Notes: a model not told the origin generated them from the letters alone. A stretch of 46,926 nucleotides of DNA from Acidimicrobiales bacterium (GCA_027366675.1 DAHXND010000128.1:1-46926); one strand, 5' to 3'; positions 17,797 through 27,193 are shown, counted from the first letter of the stretch. A program made the numbers and translations.

Positions 17797-19206
17797 CTAC
17801 TCGGTCGCGACGCCCCGGCTCGCTGCCGGTCCACCACGGGGCTCGACGGTCACGGCATGGCAGTTCACGAACTCCACCATCCCGAAGTGCGATAGCTCAC
17901 GTCCGTAGCCGGAGTCCTTCACGCCACCGAATGGAAGGCGGGGATCCGACGCCGTCATGCCGTTGATGGCCGTGTGACCAGCACGAAGCCTTCGAGCAAG
18001 GGAGCGCGCATGGTCCAGGTCCGAGGACCAGAGCGCGCTGCCCAGGCCGTAGGAGGTCGCATTGGCGATATCTATGGCGTGATCCTCGCTCGCCGCCACG
18101 ACCAACGGGAGCACAGGGCCGAAAACCTCCTCTTCCAGCACCGGCATACCGCTCTCCACGCGATCCAGCACAGTCGGCTCATGGAACCAGCCAGGTCCTT
18201 CCACGGAACGACCGCCAGAGATCACCCTGGCCCCTTCCGCCACCGAGGAGGCGACCTGGCGGACCAGAGCATCTCGCAGATCATCCCTTGCCATGGGGCC
18301 GAGCGTAGTGGACTCATCGTGTGGATCTCCCATGACGATCTTCGCTACCTCGGCAAGGAGCGCCTCTACGAACTGCTCGCGCGCGGACTCCATGACCACG
18401 GCCCGCTTCGCCGCTATGCAGCTCTGCCCCGTGTTCTGGAAGCGGCTGCGGACAGCCCAGGCTGCCGCGGCCTCTACGTCGGCATCGTCCAGAACGATAA
18501 AGGGATCGCTCCCTCCGAGCTCCAGGACAGTCTTCTTCAGAGCCATGCCGGCTTCTGCTGCCACCGCCCTACCGGCTCTCGTACTGCCCGTAAGGGTCAC
18601 TCCGGAGATACGCTTGTCGGCTATCACCTCGGCCACGCTGTCAACTTCGGTAACGAGCAGGGAAAGCACGCCTTCCGGTAACCCTGCAGACAGCGCGACC
18701 TCGGACAGCGCCTTCGCGCATCCAGTCACGTTGTCCGCGTGCTTCAAGAGCACGCAGTTGCCGGCCGCGAGGGCAGGGCCGCCAGCCCGGATGACCTGCC
18801 AATAGGGAAAGTTCCAGGGCATGATGGCGAGAATGACCCCGAGAGGCTCGAAGGCCACATAGCTATCGAGCGACCCGGCCGAGATCGGCTGGCGAGCGAG
18901 CACCGCAGGTGCCTGAGTCGCTACGACCTCGAGTGACCATGCACATTTCTCGATCTCGGATCTCGCTTCTGTGATCGGCTTTCCCATCTCGTCCGTGGCG
19001 AGGCGGGCGAGTGACTCCAGCTCCCGGCGCAGCGCTGAAGCGAAGGAGCGCAGGTGCTGGGCGCGCTCGGAGACATCCATACTGGCCCACTCCGGTGCCG
19101 CCCGATCTGCACGGCTGATGGCGGCTTCGATCTCGCCCCGGCTGAAGGTGCGATGCTCAGCGAGGGGCTTCCCTGTGGTCGGATTCACGGTCGTGATCAT
19201 TCTCAT
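17797..19206 (-). CDS. NAD(P)+-dependent aldehyde dehydrogenase, succinate-semialdehyde dehydrogenase-like
   Basis: Full-length ALDH architecture: WNFPYWQV, VLELGGSDPFIV (catalytic Glu region), GQSCIAAKR (catalytic Cys) and EEVFGPVLP. Confidence 0.9.
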   Translation of the reverse strand: MRMITTVNPTTGKPLAEHRTFSRGEIEAAISRADRAAPEWASMDVSERAQHLRSFASALRRELESLARLATDEMGKPITEARSEIEKCAWSLEVVATQAPAVLARQPISAGSLDSYVAFEPLGVILAIMPWNFPYWQVIRAGGPALAAGNCVLLKHADNVTGCAKALSEVALSAGLPEGVLSLLVTEVDSVAEVIADKRISGVTLTGSTRAGRAVAAEAGMALKKTVLELGGSDPFIVLDDADVEAAAAWAVRSRFQNTGQSCIAAKRAVVMESAREQFVEALLAEVAKIVMGDPHDESTTLGPMARDDLRDALVRQVASSVAEGARVISGGRSVEGPGWFHEPTVLDRVESGMPVLEEEVFGPVLPLVVAASEDHAIDIANATSYGLGSALWSSDLDHARSLARRLRAGHTAINGMTASDPRLPFGGVKDSGYGRELSHFGMVEFVNCHAVTVEPRGGPAASRGVATE

Positions 19207-19256
19207 GGCACTCCCCTTCCTGCTTTTCCTGCCGGGCTTTTCCTGCGGGGCCTTTC

Positions 19257-20684
19257 CTACCGGGCCAGATGCCTGGTTGGCTGCCCTCGGGCGATATCGG
19301 ATCTCGACATCGCTCTCCAGAACGGGTCGAGGTGAGCAGGGGTAAGCCCCACGTAGTGCGGTGGAAGGGCTCCCTCAACGACGAGGGCCATTCCGGGCAC
19401 GCCCTGGGCCACCCTGTCGGGCGGCAGCCGCCGCTCGCGCCGCGATGTGAGACTGGCCTGCGGCGTGCTCCCTGGCCTACCCCGCAGCGCGTCTCCCGGC
19501 ACCGCTCTCCTGCCACCACGGTGCACTCCCCCTGTGCCACCAAGCGCCCTACCGGAACCGTGGACAGACCTCACCACCACGTCCGCTTCCCCGCCGAGCA
19601 GGGAGACGAGCTCCAGGGTCGCACGGTCCCCTATCCCTGGCAGGATCATCTTCGTCCCGAAGAGCGAGAAGAAGCCGTCAGCCGCAGAGCCCCATCGCCT
19701 CCGCGCCTGCGAGAGATCCTGCAGGCAGGCAAGCACCGATATGCCCTGCCCCCCGCCCTCGGATACGAGAGCCGGCAGGCGGGGCAGTGGAGCTATGTTG
19801 GCCACCTCGTCGAGGGCCAGCAGCAAGGGTGGATCGAGGCTACCACCAGGAAGCGATACCGCCTTCTCGTAGGCCGCCTGGCAGATCCCATCCACGAAGC
19901 TCGCGGCGATAGGCGCCACCAGCTCCTGAACATGAGCGGGAGCTGCCAGATAGATCGTGTCATGTGATGTGACGAATGCCCGGGGGTCGAAGTTCGGCGA
20001 CTCTGCCTGGGCCAGGGCATCCGGATTCTGATAAGCGCGGAGCACGCTCGACGCAGTGGAGAAGATGGCGGAACGCTCGCGGTCCTCGGTCGCCATCACG
20101 GAGAAGAGAGCGTCTGCCGCTATCTCCTCGCCGCCGGCCTGCAGCACGGCCAGAGCCCCCTCCACCTCCTGGCGCTCGATGCCAGAGCACACCGACTGCA
20201 TCCCCAGCCCACGGAGAGCGGCTGCCCGCAACACCGGAGCCAGCAATGCACCAGCTCGCTCGCTCCAGTGGCTGTCATCCTGGTGCCCACCTGCGGGGCG
20301 TGCAGCGGCAACAAGCGTGCGCGCCACGAGCAGCGCGCCTGGCCAGCTGGAGCTGCCCGCTACCGGAGACCACCTGAGCCTGCTCACGCCCGCGGGCGGC
20401 GCTACGGAACCAGCAGGATCGAACAGCCAGGTGCGGCCCACCTCTGCCTTGGCCCTGCTGGTGGAGCGGCAGACGTCGAGCTTCGTGGACGTGGCGAGAA
20501 CGGGGCCACTTGCTGCGAGCAGGTTCGGCACCACGACCGAGCTTGTCTTTCCAGAGCGCGGAGGGCCCAGAACGAGCAACGCTGATTGCGGCGCACCGAA
20601 TACCCATCCTCCGGCTCCCGCCCCCAGGTACATCGAAGATCCCTGCCTCGTCCTGGCGAGGGACTCGAGGAGCACTTGAGTCAC
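19257..20684 (-). CDS. VirD4/TraG/TraD-like type IV coupling protein family ATPase; solitary
   Basis: Walker A LVLGPPRSGKTS and Walker B-like LLLALDEVANIAPLP, with the FSLFGTKMILPG region typical of the TraM-recognition/T4CP family. The start is uncertain. In-frame candidates are ATG 20633, GTG 20675/20684/20702/20744, and the longest ORF at 20852. Confidence 0.7.
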   Translation of the reverse strand: MTQVLLESLARTRQGSSMYLGAGAGGWVFGAPQSALLVLGPPRSGKTSSVVVPNLLAASGPVLATSTKLDVCRSTSRAKAEVGRTWLFDPAGSVAPPAGVSRLRWSPVAGSSSWPGALLVARTLVAAARPAGGHQDDSHWSERAGALLAPVLRAAALRGLGMQSVCSGIERQEVEGALAVLQAGGEEIAADALFSVMATEDRERSAIFSTASSVLRAYQNPDALAQAESPNFDPRAFVTSHDTIYLAAPAHVQELVAPIAASFVDGICQAAYEKAVSLPGGSLDPPLLLALDEVANIAPLPRLPALVSEGGGQGISVLACLQDLSQARRRWGSAADGFFSLFGTKMILPGIGDRATLELVSLLGGEADVVVRSVHGSGRALGGTGGVHRGGRRAVPGDALRGRPGSTPQASLTSRRERRLPPDRVAQGVPGMALVVEGALPPHYVGLTPAHLDPFWRAMSRSDIARGQPTRHLAR

Positions 20685-20734
20685 GGGGGCTTTGGGGGTC
20701 ACGGGGGCTTTGGGGGTCAGGGGGGCTTTGGGCT
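20681..20734. repeat. 18-bp tandem repeat, 3 copies (tcacgggggctttggggg), at the 5' end of or just upstream of the coupling-ATPase gene
   Basis: Read directly. On the minus strand each unit encodes PKAPVT and carries an in-frame GTG. Confidence 0.85.
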
Positions 20735-20782
20735 CTCTAGCCACCCTGCACGTTCTAGCAGGGAAAGGGGCCTCCCCTAGCG

Positions 20783-21718
20783 GTGCCGCCAGCCCTCCGC
20801 TACGGTCGTGACGTGGAAAATGCCCTGCCTGGTGTGCCGGAAGCCCGCTCATGGCACGTCACCATCGAGGAGGGGCTTCGCCTCGCGGTGCATGACTTCG
20901 GGGGCGACGGCCCGCTCGTGCTGCTTGCCCATGCCACCGGCTTCCATGGCATGGTCCTGGCCCCGCTTGCCGAGGCTCTCCTACCGGACTTCCACCCGAT
21001 CTCCTTCGACGAGCGTGGCCATGGGACCTCCGATCCTCCTCGCCACGCTGATCTGGAGGGCTTTGCCTGGCAGGGATTCGCCAGGGACGTGCTCGGGGTG
21101 CTCGACGCGATCGCAGAGGTCACGGGAACAGATCCGGCGCTCAGGCCGGTCGGGCTCGGCCATTCCTGTGGGGGAGCAGCCCTGCTCATGGCCGAGCAAG
21201 CGCGCCCGGGGACCTTCGCCGGCATCGCTGCCTACGAGCCGGTGATATTCCCAGGAGACCCCCCTCTTGCCGCGAGCTACGGCAATAACCCCCTGTCCGC
21301 CGGAGCGCTCCGCAGGCGAAGCAGCTTCCCGTCGGAGGCTGCCGCTTACGAGAACTTCGCCTCGAAAGCGCCTTTCAACAGGTTGGCGCCCCAGGCCCTT
21401 GCTGCCTATGTCCGCTACGGTTTCGCCCGTGGCGACGATGGAACACTGACGCTCAGGTGCAGACCCGAGAACGAGGCTGCCGTGTACGCGAACGGCTTCT
21501 CCCACGATACATACGCTCACCTCAGCGATGTGTCCTGCCCAGTGGCACTCTCATGTGGATCAGAGACTGATGCGTTTGGTCCGGACTTCCTCGAGCTATT
21601 CGCAGCGAGGCTGCGAGATGCCACCCTGGACGTCCTCCCTGGGCTCAGCCATTTCGGGCCGCTGGAAGATCCGAAGGCCGTGGCGGCCTGGTTCCGTAAG
21701 CGCTGCAGCGGGTTCTGA
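20783..21718 (+). CDS. Alpha/beta-fold hydrolase
   Basis: LAVHDFGGDGPLVLLAHATGFHG (HG oxyanion region), a nucleophile elbow GLGHSCGG (G-x-S-x-G), and a C-terminal GLSHFGPLEDP carrying the His. The true start may be an internal GTG. Confidence 0.8.
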   Translation: MPPALRYGRDVENALPGVPEARSWHVTIEEGLRLAVHDFGGDGPLVLLAHATGFHGMVLAPLAEALLPDFHPISFDERGHGTSDPPRHADLEGFAWQGFARDVLGVLDAIAEVTGTDPALRPVGLGHSCGGAALLMAEQARPGTFAGIAAYEPVIFPGDPPLAASYGNNPLSAGALRRRSSFPSEAAAYENFASKAPFNRLAPQALAAYVRYGFARGDDGTLTLRCRPENEAAVYANGFSHDTYAHLSDVSCPVALSCGSETDAFGPDFLELFAARLRDATLDVLPGLSHFGPLEDPKAVAAWFRKRCSGF

Positions 21719-23259
21719 TGGACCAGCTTGTAGCGATAGACGCTGGCACTACGGGAGTTCGCTCACTGGTCGTGGACGGCACTGGTCACGTGAACGCCAT
21801 AGCGTATCGTGAGCTCACGCAGCACTTCCCGCGACCCGGATGGGTAGAGCACGACCCCTCCGAGATCATGGACCTCGTGACCTCGACACTCGATTCTGCA
21901 TCACGGGATGCTGATGGACCGGTAGCTGCCATAGGGATCACGAACCAGCGGGAGAGCGTGATCTGCTGGGACAGGAGCACCGGGGAGCCACTCGGCCCCG
22001 CCATCGTGTGGCAGGATCGCAGGACCGCCGGCAGATGCCTGGCACTGCAGGACGCGGGTGCTCTGCCCCTGGTGCGGCACAAGACTGGTCTCGTGCTCGA
22101 TCCATATTTCTCTGCCACGAAGATGGCTTGGCTGCTCGAAGAAGGTAGCGTCGAGATATCCCCATCGCTTGCTCTCGGGACAGTTGACTCCTGGGTCATC
22201 TGGAACCTCACAGGGGGGAGGCATGGCGGCACCTTCGCCACGGATCCTTCCAACGCGAGCCGTACGCTCTGCTACGATATACGTGCCCGCGCGTGGTCGC
22301 CGGAGCTGTGCGAGCTCTTTCACGTGCCGATGCAGGCGCTTCCAGAGGTGCGCCCGTCGTGCTCCCGTTTCGCGACCGTTGCCTGCCCCGGGCTGCCTGC
22401 CAGGCTCCAGGGCATACCCATATCCGGCGTTCTGGGCGACCAGCAGGCAGCGCTCTTCGGGCAGGCCTGCCTGTTCCCAGGCATGGCAAAGACGACGTAT
22501 GGAACCGGGAGCTTCGTCCTCGTAAACGCCGGCGGCACCTGCCCGGACTCCGTCGATGGCCTGCTTGCCACCGTTGCGTGGGACCTCGGGAGCCACCAGG
22601 TGACCGCTGGATCCGGGGACGATCCGGAAGTTCCCACCTTCGCCTACGCTCTCGAAGGATCAGCGTTCTCCACGGGCGCCACGATCCAGTGGCTGCGTGA
22701 CGCTCTCTCGGTCGGCCCTGACAGCGCATCCATAGGAGACCTCGCCAGCAGCGTGCCGGATTCCGGCGGGGTCGTGATCGTGCCTGCGTTTACTGGCCTG
22801 GGCAGCCCCTGGTGGGACGCCGAGGCCAGGGGAATGATAACGGGACTCACGCGAGGACCTACGCGCGCTCACCTTGCCAGAGCCGCCGTTCAGGCCATAG
22901 CCCAGCAGAACCATGACATTCTCGAAGCTATGGCCAATGCCGCCATAGAGGTAAGGGAGCTACGCGTCGACGGTGGCGCAGCCGTTCTCGACTCCCTGTG
23001 CCAGTACCAGGCCGACCTCAGCGGCATTCCCACGCTCCGGCCGGTGAGCGCGGAAAGCACCGGTAGGGGCGCAGCGTTGCTGGCTGGCCTCGCCGAGGGG
23101 GTGTGGGAAGCCGCAGCAGACCTCGTCAGGACGTGGGAGGCCGGTACGCGTTTCGATCCCGATCCAGCGAGTCACGACAGATGCGCGGAGGACAGGCAGG
23201 CCTGGCTTCGCGCGGTGAGCCGGTCGCTCGGCTGGGCCGCTCCGAGCCCGCCGGCATGA
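21718..23259 (+). CDS. glpK: Glycerol kinase
   Basis: VAIDAGTTGVRS, ITNQRESVICWDRSTGEPLGPAIVWQDRRTA, TGLVLDPYFSATKMAWLL and GTVDSWVIWNLTGG are canonical GlpK/FGGY signatures. Confidence 0.9.
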   Translation: MDQLVAIDAGTTGVRSLVVDGTGHVNAIAYRELTQHFPRPGWVEHDPSEIMDLVTSTLDSASRDADGPVAAIGITNQRESVICWDRSTGEPLGPAIVWQDRRTAGRCLALQDAGALPLVRHKTGLVLDPYFSATKMAWLLEEGSVEISPSLALGTVDSWVIWNLTGGRHGGTFATDPSNASRTLCYDIRARAWSPELCELFHVPMQALPEVRPSCSRFATVACPGLPARLQGIPISGVLGDQQAALFGQACLFPGMAKTTYGTGSFVLVNAGGTCPDSVDGLLATVAWDLGSHQVTAGSGDDPEVPTFAYALEGSAFSTGATIQWLRDALSVGPDSASIGDLASSVPDSGGVVIVPAFTGLGSPWWDAEARGMITGLTRGPTRAHLARAAVQAIAQQNHDILEAMANAAIEVRELRVDGGAAVLDSLCQYQADLSGIPTLRPVSAESTGRGAALLAGLAEGVWEAAADLVRTWEAGTRFDPDPASHDRCAEDRQAWLRAVSRSLGWAAPSPPA

Positions 23260-23879
23260 CCGGGAGCGAGCCCGCCGGCATGGAAGATCACGACCAGCCC
23301 CGGCCGCTGACGCGCCGCGGCGAGCTCAGGCGCCGCCAGATACTCGCATATGCAGCGAAGCGCTTCGCCGATCACGGCTACGACGCCACTCCTGTCTCGG
23401 ACATCGTCGAAGGCCTCGGCGTGGGGAAAGGGGTCTTTTACTGGTACTTCACCTCGAAAGAGGAGCTATTCTCCGAGATCTTGATATCAGCGCAGCTCGA
23501 GTTGCGCCAGCTCCAGCAGCAGGCCATAGCAGGGGAAGCCGATCCGGTGCGCCGGATAGAGCTCGGGATCCGTGCAAGCTGCGCCTGGCTGGCAGAGAAC
23601 CGCCACCTCCTCGTTCTCATAAACTTCGCAGCCGGAGATACACGCTTCGCGGCGATGATACGCAAGGGCGAGGACGTCGCTGCCACAGATGCTGCCAGGC
23701 ACGTGAAGGAAGGGATGGCCCAGTATCGCATCCGCGAGGGAGATCCACTGGTTCTCGCCCGTGCGATTCTGGGCGTCGTCAACCACCTGACGCGGACCCT
23801 TGTCCTCGACCAGGACCAGGACGCCCAGGCAGTTGCCGACGCTGCGATCTCGTTCTGCTTCCACGGCCTGCTCGTATGA
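23256..23879 (+). CDS. TetR/AcrR-family transcriptional regulator
   Basis: The HTH reads RRRQILAYAAKRFADHGYDATPVSDIVEGLGVGKGVFYWYFTSKEELF. ATG 23256 overlaps the glpK stop (ATGA). A second in-frame ATG at 23280 was created by a 24-bp duplication. Confidence 0.85.
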   Translation: MTGSEPAGMEDHDQPRPLTRRGELRRRQILAYAAKRFADHGYDATPVSDIVEGLGVGKGVFYWYFTSKEELFSEILISAQLELRQLQQQAIAGEADPVRRIELGIRASCAWLAENRHLLVLINFAAGDTRFAAMIRKGEDVAATDAARHVKEGMAQYRIREGDPLVLARAILGVVNHLTRTLVLDQDQDAQAVADAAISFCFHGLLV

Positions 23880-23932
23880 TCGGGCACCTGACCGATGGCG
23901 GTGCAGGCGGGACCCGGCGCCTGGAGCATTTC

Positions 23933-24082
23933 CCAGAAGCGCTGGGCCATCAGGCACTCCAGGAGCTACGGCATCCGGCGCTCCAGGCGCTGGGCCATCA
24001 GGCGCTCCAGAAGCGCTGGGCCATCAGGCGCTCCGGAAGCGCTGCGACATCCGGCGCTACAGGAGCTACGGCATCAGGCGCT
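23933..24082. repeat. Six tandem 24-26-bp units, each able to form an AGCGC...GCGCT hairpin, in the convergent TetR/aminotransferase gap
   Basis: ccagaagcgctgggccatcaggcact / ccaggagctacggcatccggcgct / ccaggcgctgggccatcaggcgct / ccagaagcgctgggccatcaggcgct / ccggaagcgctgcgacatccggcgct / acaggagctacggcatcaggcgct. The last unit overlaps the aminotransferase stop. Confidence 0.85.
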
Positions 24083-25282
24083 CTTCGCAGCCGTAGCCGC
24101 ATCTCCGGGCAGCTTCACGAGAGCGCGCCTGAGCCCGCGGATCGCCTGCTGGATCCGTTGCTCGTTCTCGATCAGGGCGAAACGCACGAAGCCATCGCCT
24201 CCCGGTCCGAAGCCGACGCCGGGCGAGCACGCTACATCTGCCCGCTCCACAAGGAACTTCGCGAACTCCAGTGAGCCCATCTCCTGATATGGCTCAGGGA
24301 TGCGCGCCCACACGAACATCGTTCCCCGAGGCGGCGTGACCGACCAGCCGATCCTCTGAAGGCCGTCACAGAGCATGTTGCGGCGCGATTCATATATCTG
24401 GTTCACCAGTTGCGGATACTCCGGCACCTCGTTCATCGCCACCGTGGCCGCGATCTGGATGGGCTGGAAGGTGCCATAGTCCAGGTAGCTCTTTAGCTTC
24501 GTGAGGGCCGCTACCGCTCCGGCATTACCAACGGTGAACCCGACGCGCCATCCCGCCATCGAGAATGACTTCGTCATCGTGTACAGCTCTACCGCTACAT
24601 CCTTGGCCCCAGGTACTTCCAGAATAGAGGGCGGCTCATAACCGTCGAAGGATATATCTGCATACGCGAAGTCATGAACGACCATGATCTCGTGCTCCCT
24701 CGCGAACTGCACCACCCGCTCCATCCATGTCAGATCCACACACGTCGTAGTAGGATTATGTGGGAACGAGCAGACTATGACTCTCGGCTTCGGCCACATG
24801 GACTCCCATGCCTCCACCAGCCCGGCGAAGAATGCATCGCCGTCCGCTTCGAGGGGCACCTGGCGCACGTCGGCGCCAGTGAAGAGGGGAGCATAGATGT
24901 GAATCGGGTACGACGGCGAAGGCACCATGGCACTGTCTCCTGGAGCGAGCAGTACCCACATCAGATGGGACAGCCCCTCCTTCGCACCGATCGTCGTGAC
25001 AACCTCGCTGTCGGGATCCAGCTCCACCCCGAAGCGCCGACTGTAGAGGCCAGCCACGGCCTGGCGCAGCTTCGGGATGCCGCGGCTCGCGGAGTAACGG
25101 TGGTTCCGCGGATTGTGGACGGCCTCGGCCAGCTTCTCCACCGCCGCAGGGGGAGATGGGATATCGGGGTTCCCGAAGCCCAGGTCTATGACATCACGCC
25201 CACGCCGGCGTGCCTCCAGCTTCAGCCCGTCGATGGCGGCAAACACGTAAGGGGGCAGACCACTTATACGCCGGAATTCCAT
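24074..25282 (-). CDS. Class I/II PLP-dependent aminotransferase (alanine/aspartate aminotransferase-like)
   Basis: LPPYVFAAIDGLKLEARRRGRDVIDLGFGNPD, RYSASRGIP, VPSPSYPIH, and the TMTKSFSMAGWRVG region carrying the PLP lysine. Confidence 0.9.
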   Translation of the reverse strand: MEFRRISGLPPYVFAAIDGLKLEARRRGRDVIDLGFGNPDIPSPPAAVEKLAEAVHNPRNHRYSASRGIPKLRQAVAGLYSRRFGVELDPDSEVVTTIGAKEGLSHLMWVLLAPGDSAMVPSPSYPIHIYAPLFTGADVRQVPLEADGDAFFAGLVEAWESMWPKPRVIVCSFPHNPTTTCVDLTWMERVVQFAREHEIMVVHDFAYADISFDGYEPPSILEVPGAKDVAVELYTMTKSFSMAGWRVGFTVGNAGAVAALTKLKSYLDYGTFQPIQIAATVAMNEVPEYPQLVNQIYESRRNMLCDGLQRIGWSVTPPRGTMFVWARIPEPYQEMGSLEFAKFLVERADVACSPGVGFGPGGDGFVRFALIENEQRIQQAIRGLRRALVKLPGDAATAAKSA

Positions 25283-25395
25283 GAAGGCATCCTAATGCGC
25301 CCGAGGCAACCGCTTCTCGCCCGGCACTTGGACGGGTGGGCGAGCCACGCTCTACCGAGCGGGCTGCCCCGGCGGGCTACCAGTTAGGGCTCCTC

Positions 25396-26178
25396 CTATG
25401 AACCGCCCAAGCTCTCGGAGGCCAGAGCTCTGGCCGCGGCAAGCCCTTCCAGGCCCACGCCTGGCTGTGGCCACGTCGCGACCGCCCACGATGAATGCGC
25501 ACGGGCGAGCTCGCCCAACTGGCGAGCCACCTCGGCCACATCTCCAGGCAACGAGCCACCCCAGGTGACCGGGCCACCTCGCCCTATCTCCGCGAGAACC
25601 TCCACGGGTGCCTGCCAGCAGTTCGGTACTGCACCTACGAGCCTCGCCGCTTCCAGGTTCCCAGATGTCCACGCTCCACTCACAGCACCCCCTATGCCCG
25701 TCCACACGGGAATGCCGGCTTCGACCAGGGAGTGCGCCAACGTTCGCATCATATCGCGTCGCGTGCTTGCTGGCAGCCACGGGATCCCAAGGGCATCGTG
25801 CTCCGGGCGGCTCATCTTGTCCCCCGTCCCGATGCCAGCTATGAAGCGCCCCGGCGCAATGCAGCCAAGACCTGCCAGGGAAGCCGCGAGCACATCCAGC
25901 GGCAGCAGGCTCACCCGGGCAACGAGCGTGCCAACCGCTATCCGATCGGTACGGGCAGCGATGGCGGCTGCGAGCGGCAGGGCACTGAAGGCCGGCCCGT
26001 CAGGATGACCCGGCGGCCAGGCGTGGTCGTAGACGAACACACCATCGAGACCCAGGTCCTCCGCCTGCCGAGCCGCATCCAGGAGCGATGCCATCCCGGC
26101 GCCGAAGTGCGGCAGGAGAACCCCGACGCGCAATACCTCAGAGCGATTCGTCGCTTCTGAGTCCTGCCAGGACACCAT
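25396..26178 (-). CDS. Luciferase-like monooxygenase (LLM) family oxidoreductase
   Basis: LRVGVLLPHFG...ARQAEDLGLDGVFVYDH...LPLAAAIAARTDRIAVGTLVARVSL is typical of LLM/F420-type TIM barrels. The start is ATG 26178, which overlaps the ROK gene by 41 nt, or TTG 26133. Confidence 0.7.
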   Translation of the reverse strand: MVSWQDSEATNRSEVLRVGVLLPHFGAGMASLLDAARQAEDLGLDGVFVYDHAWPPGHPDGPAFSALPLAAAIAARTDRIAVGTLVARVSLLPLDVLAASLAGLGCIAPGRFIAGIGTGDKMSRPEHDALGIPWLPASTRRDMMRTLAHSLVEAGIPVWTGIGGAVSGAWTSGNLEAARLVGAVPNCWQAPVEVLAEIGRGGPVTWGGSLPGDVAEVARQLGELARAHSSWAVATWPQPGVGLEGLAAARALASESLGGS

Positions 26179-27193
26179 GCGTCTCGCGCCTCTCCATGGC
26201 GCGAGTCCGGGCGAACACGGCTGCACCCACAGCGCCTGCGCTATCTCCCAGCTCGGATACGACGATCGGCACCTCCGAACGGATGCCCGCACCCTCCGGA
26301 CGACCTGAAGTAGCTGCCCTGATCGGATCAAGCATCAGATCGGCATCAGCAGCGAGACCACCACCTACAACGATAATCTCTGGATCTATGATATTTATCA
26401 GGTTCGCGAGACCGACCGCTACCCATGTCGCGTACTCGCCGATGAGGGCCAGGGCATCACTGTCTCCGTCGCGGGCTGCCGACGTCACATGCTCGCCACG
26501 CACCAGGTGGACGGCTCCGCCTGCAAGGGCCAGAACCGCCGCTGCACGCCCTCGGCTGACAGCCTCGCGCCCCATGTCACCAAGGCTGTTCCCGGAGGCG
26601 TACTGCTCCCAGCACCCGCGCTGCCCGCACGGGCACGGGCGGCCCTCCTCCACGACCACCATGTGGCCCACCTCCGCCGCGAACCCATGAGCCCCGAGCA
26701 CCACGTTGCCGTTCACCACCAAGCCACCGCCTATGCCGGTACCGAGTGTTATCATGCAGCCGACCGCGGTGCCTCGAAGCGCACCGAAAGCGTGCTCGCC
26801 TTCCACGGCACATGTCGCATCGTTCTCGACAGCCACCTCCGGGCCCAGGCCCAGGCGCATGAGGCCGGCGCGAACCTCCAGGCCATCGCCGCCGATAAGG
26901 TTCGGAGCCACGTGCAGGCTCCCGGTTCTGTCTACGAGGCCTGGCATGCCGACGCCCACGGGCGGGTTGCCAACACCCGTGACAGGCGCGAGCTCTCGGG
27001 CCGTGGATGCTATGGCAGCCAGCAGGCCCTCGGCCGAACGCGGGGTGGGGGACCGCTGCTCTGCCAGGACAGACCCGTCAGGAGCGAGGACGATCCCGAG
27101 TATCTTCGTGCCGCCTACGTCTACGCCGATGGTCGGCGCGCCTGATGCCGGCCCGGCTGGTACTGGCGCGCTGAGGGCACCAGATCCGCTCAC
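26138..27193 (-). CDS. ROK-family glucokinase
   Basis: IGVDVGGTKILG (ATP-binding DxGxT), the GMPGLVD region, and the zinc motif GHMVVVEEGRPCPCGQRGCWEQYASG. The GTG start overlaps the SRPBCC stop (GTGA). Confidence 0.85.
   Translation of the reverse strand: MSGSGALSAPVPAGPASGAPTIGVDVGGTKILGIVLAPDGSVLAEQRSPTPRSAEGLLAAIASTARELAPVTGVGNPPVGVGMPGLVDRTGSLHVAPNLIGGDGLEVRAGLMRLGLGPEVAVENDATCAVEGEHAFGALRGTAVGCMITLGTGIGGGLVVNGNVVLGAHGFAAEVGHMVVVEEGRPCPCGQRGCWEQYASGNSLGDMGREAVSRGRAAAVLALAGGAVHLVRGEHVTSAARDGDSDALALIGEYATWVAVGLANLINIIDPEIIVVGGGLAADADLMLDPIRAATSGRPEGAGIRSEVPIVVSELGDSAGAVGAAVFARTRAMERRETHGVLAGLRSDESL

Noticed and set aside
20735-20782. Short inverted repeats (CCCTGC-N8-GCAGGG; AGGGG-N3-CCCCT) upstream of the hydrolase-glpK-TetR operon, considered as a TetR operator.
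   Set aside because: The arms are only 5-6 bp and G+C-rich in a G+C-rich genome, so they are easily explained by chance. I do not report them as a feature without binding data.
17797-23879. An integrative conjugative element or prophage remnant around the TraG/VirD4-like gene.
   Set aside because: The flanking genes are ordinary metabolic genes (aldehyde dehydrogenase, hydrolase, glpK, TetR). There is no integrase, relaxase, replication or structural gene, no att-like direct repeats, and no compositional shift visible by eye.
23876-24287. Three overlapping plus-strand ORFs (about 100-130 aa) encoding repetitive HQALQ/WAIRRS peptides.
   Set aside because: They are generated by the 24-26-bp repeat array, whose period is not a constant multiple of 3, so the frame drifts. 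They run antisense into the aminotransferase gene and are not credible coding sequence.
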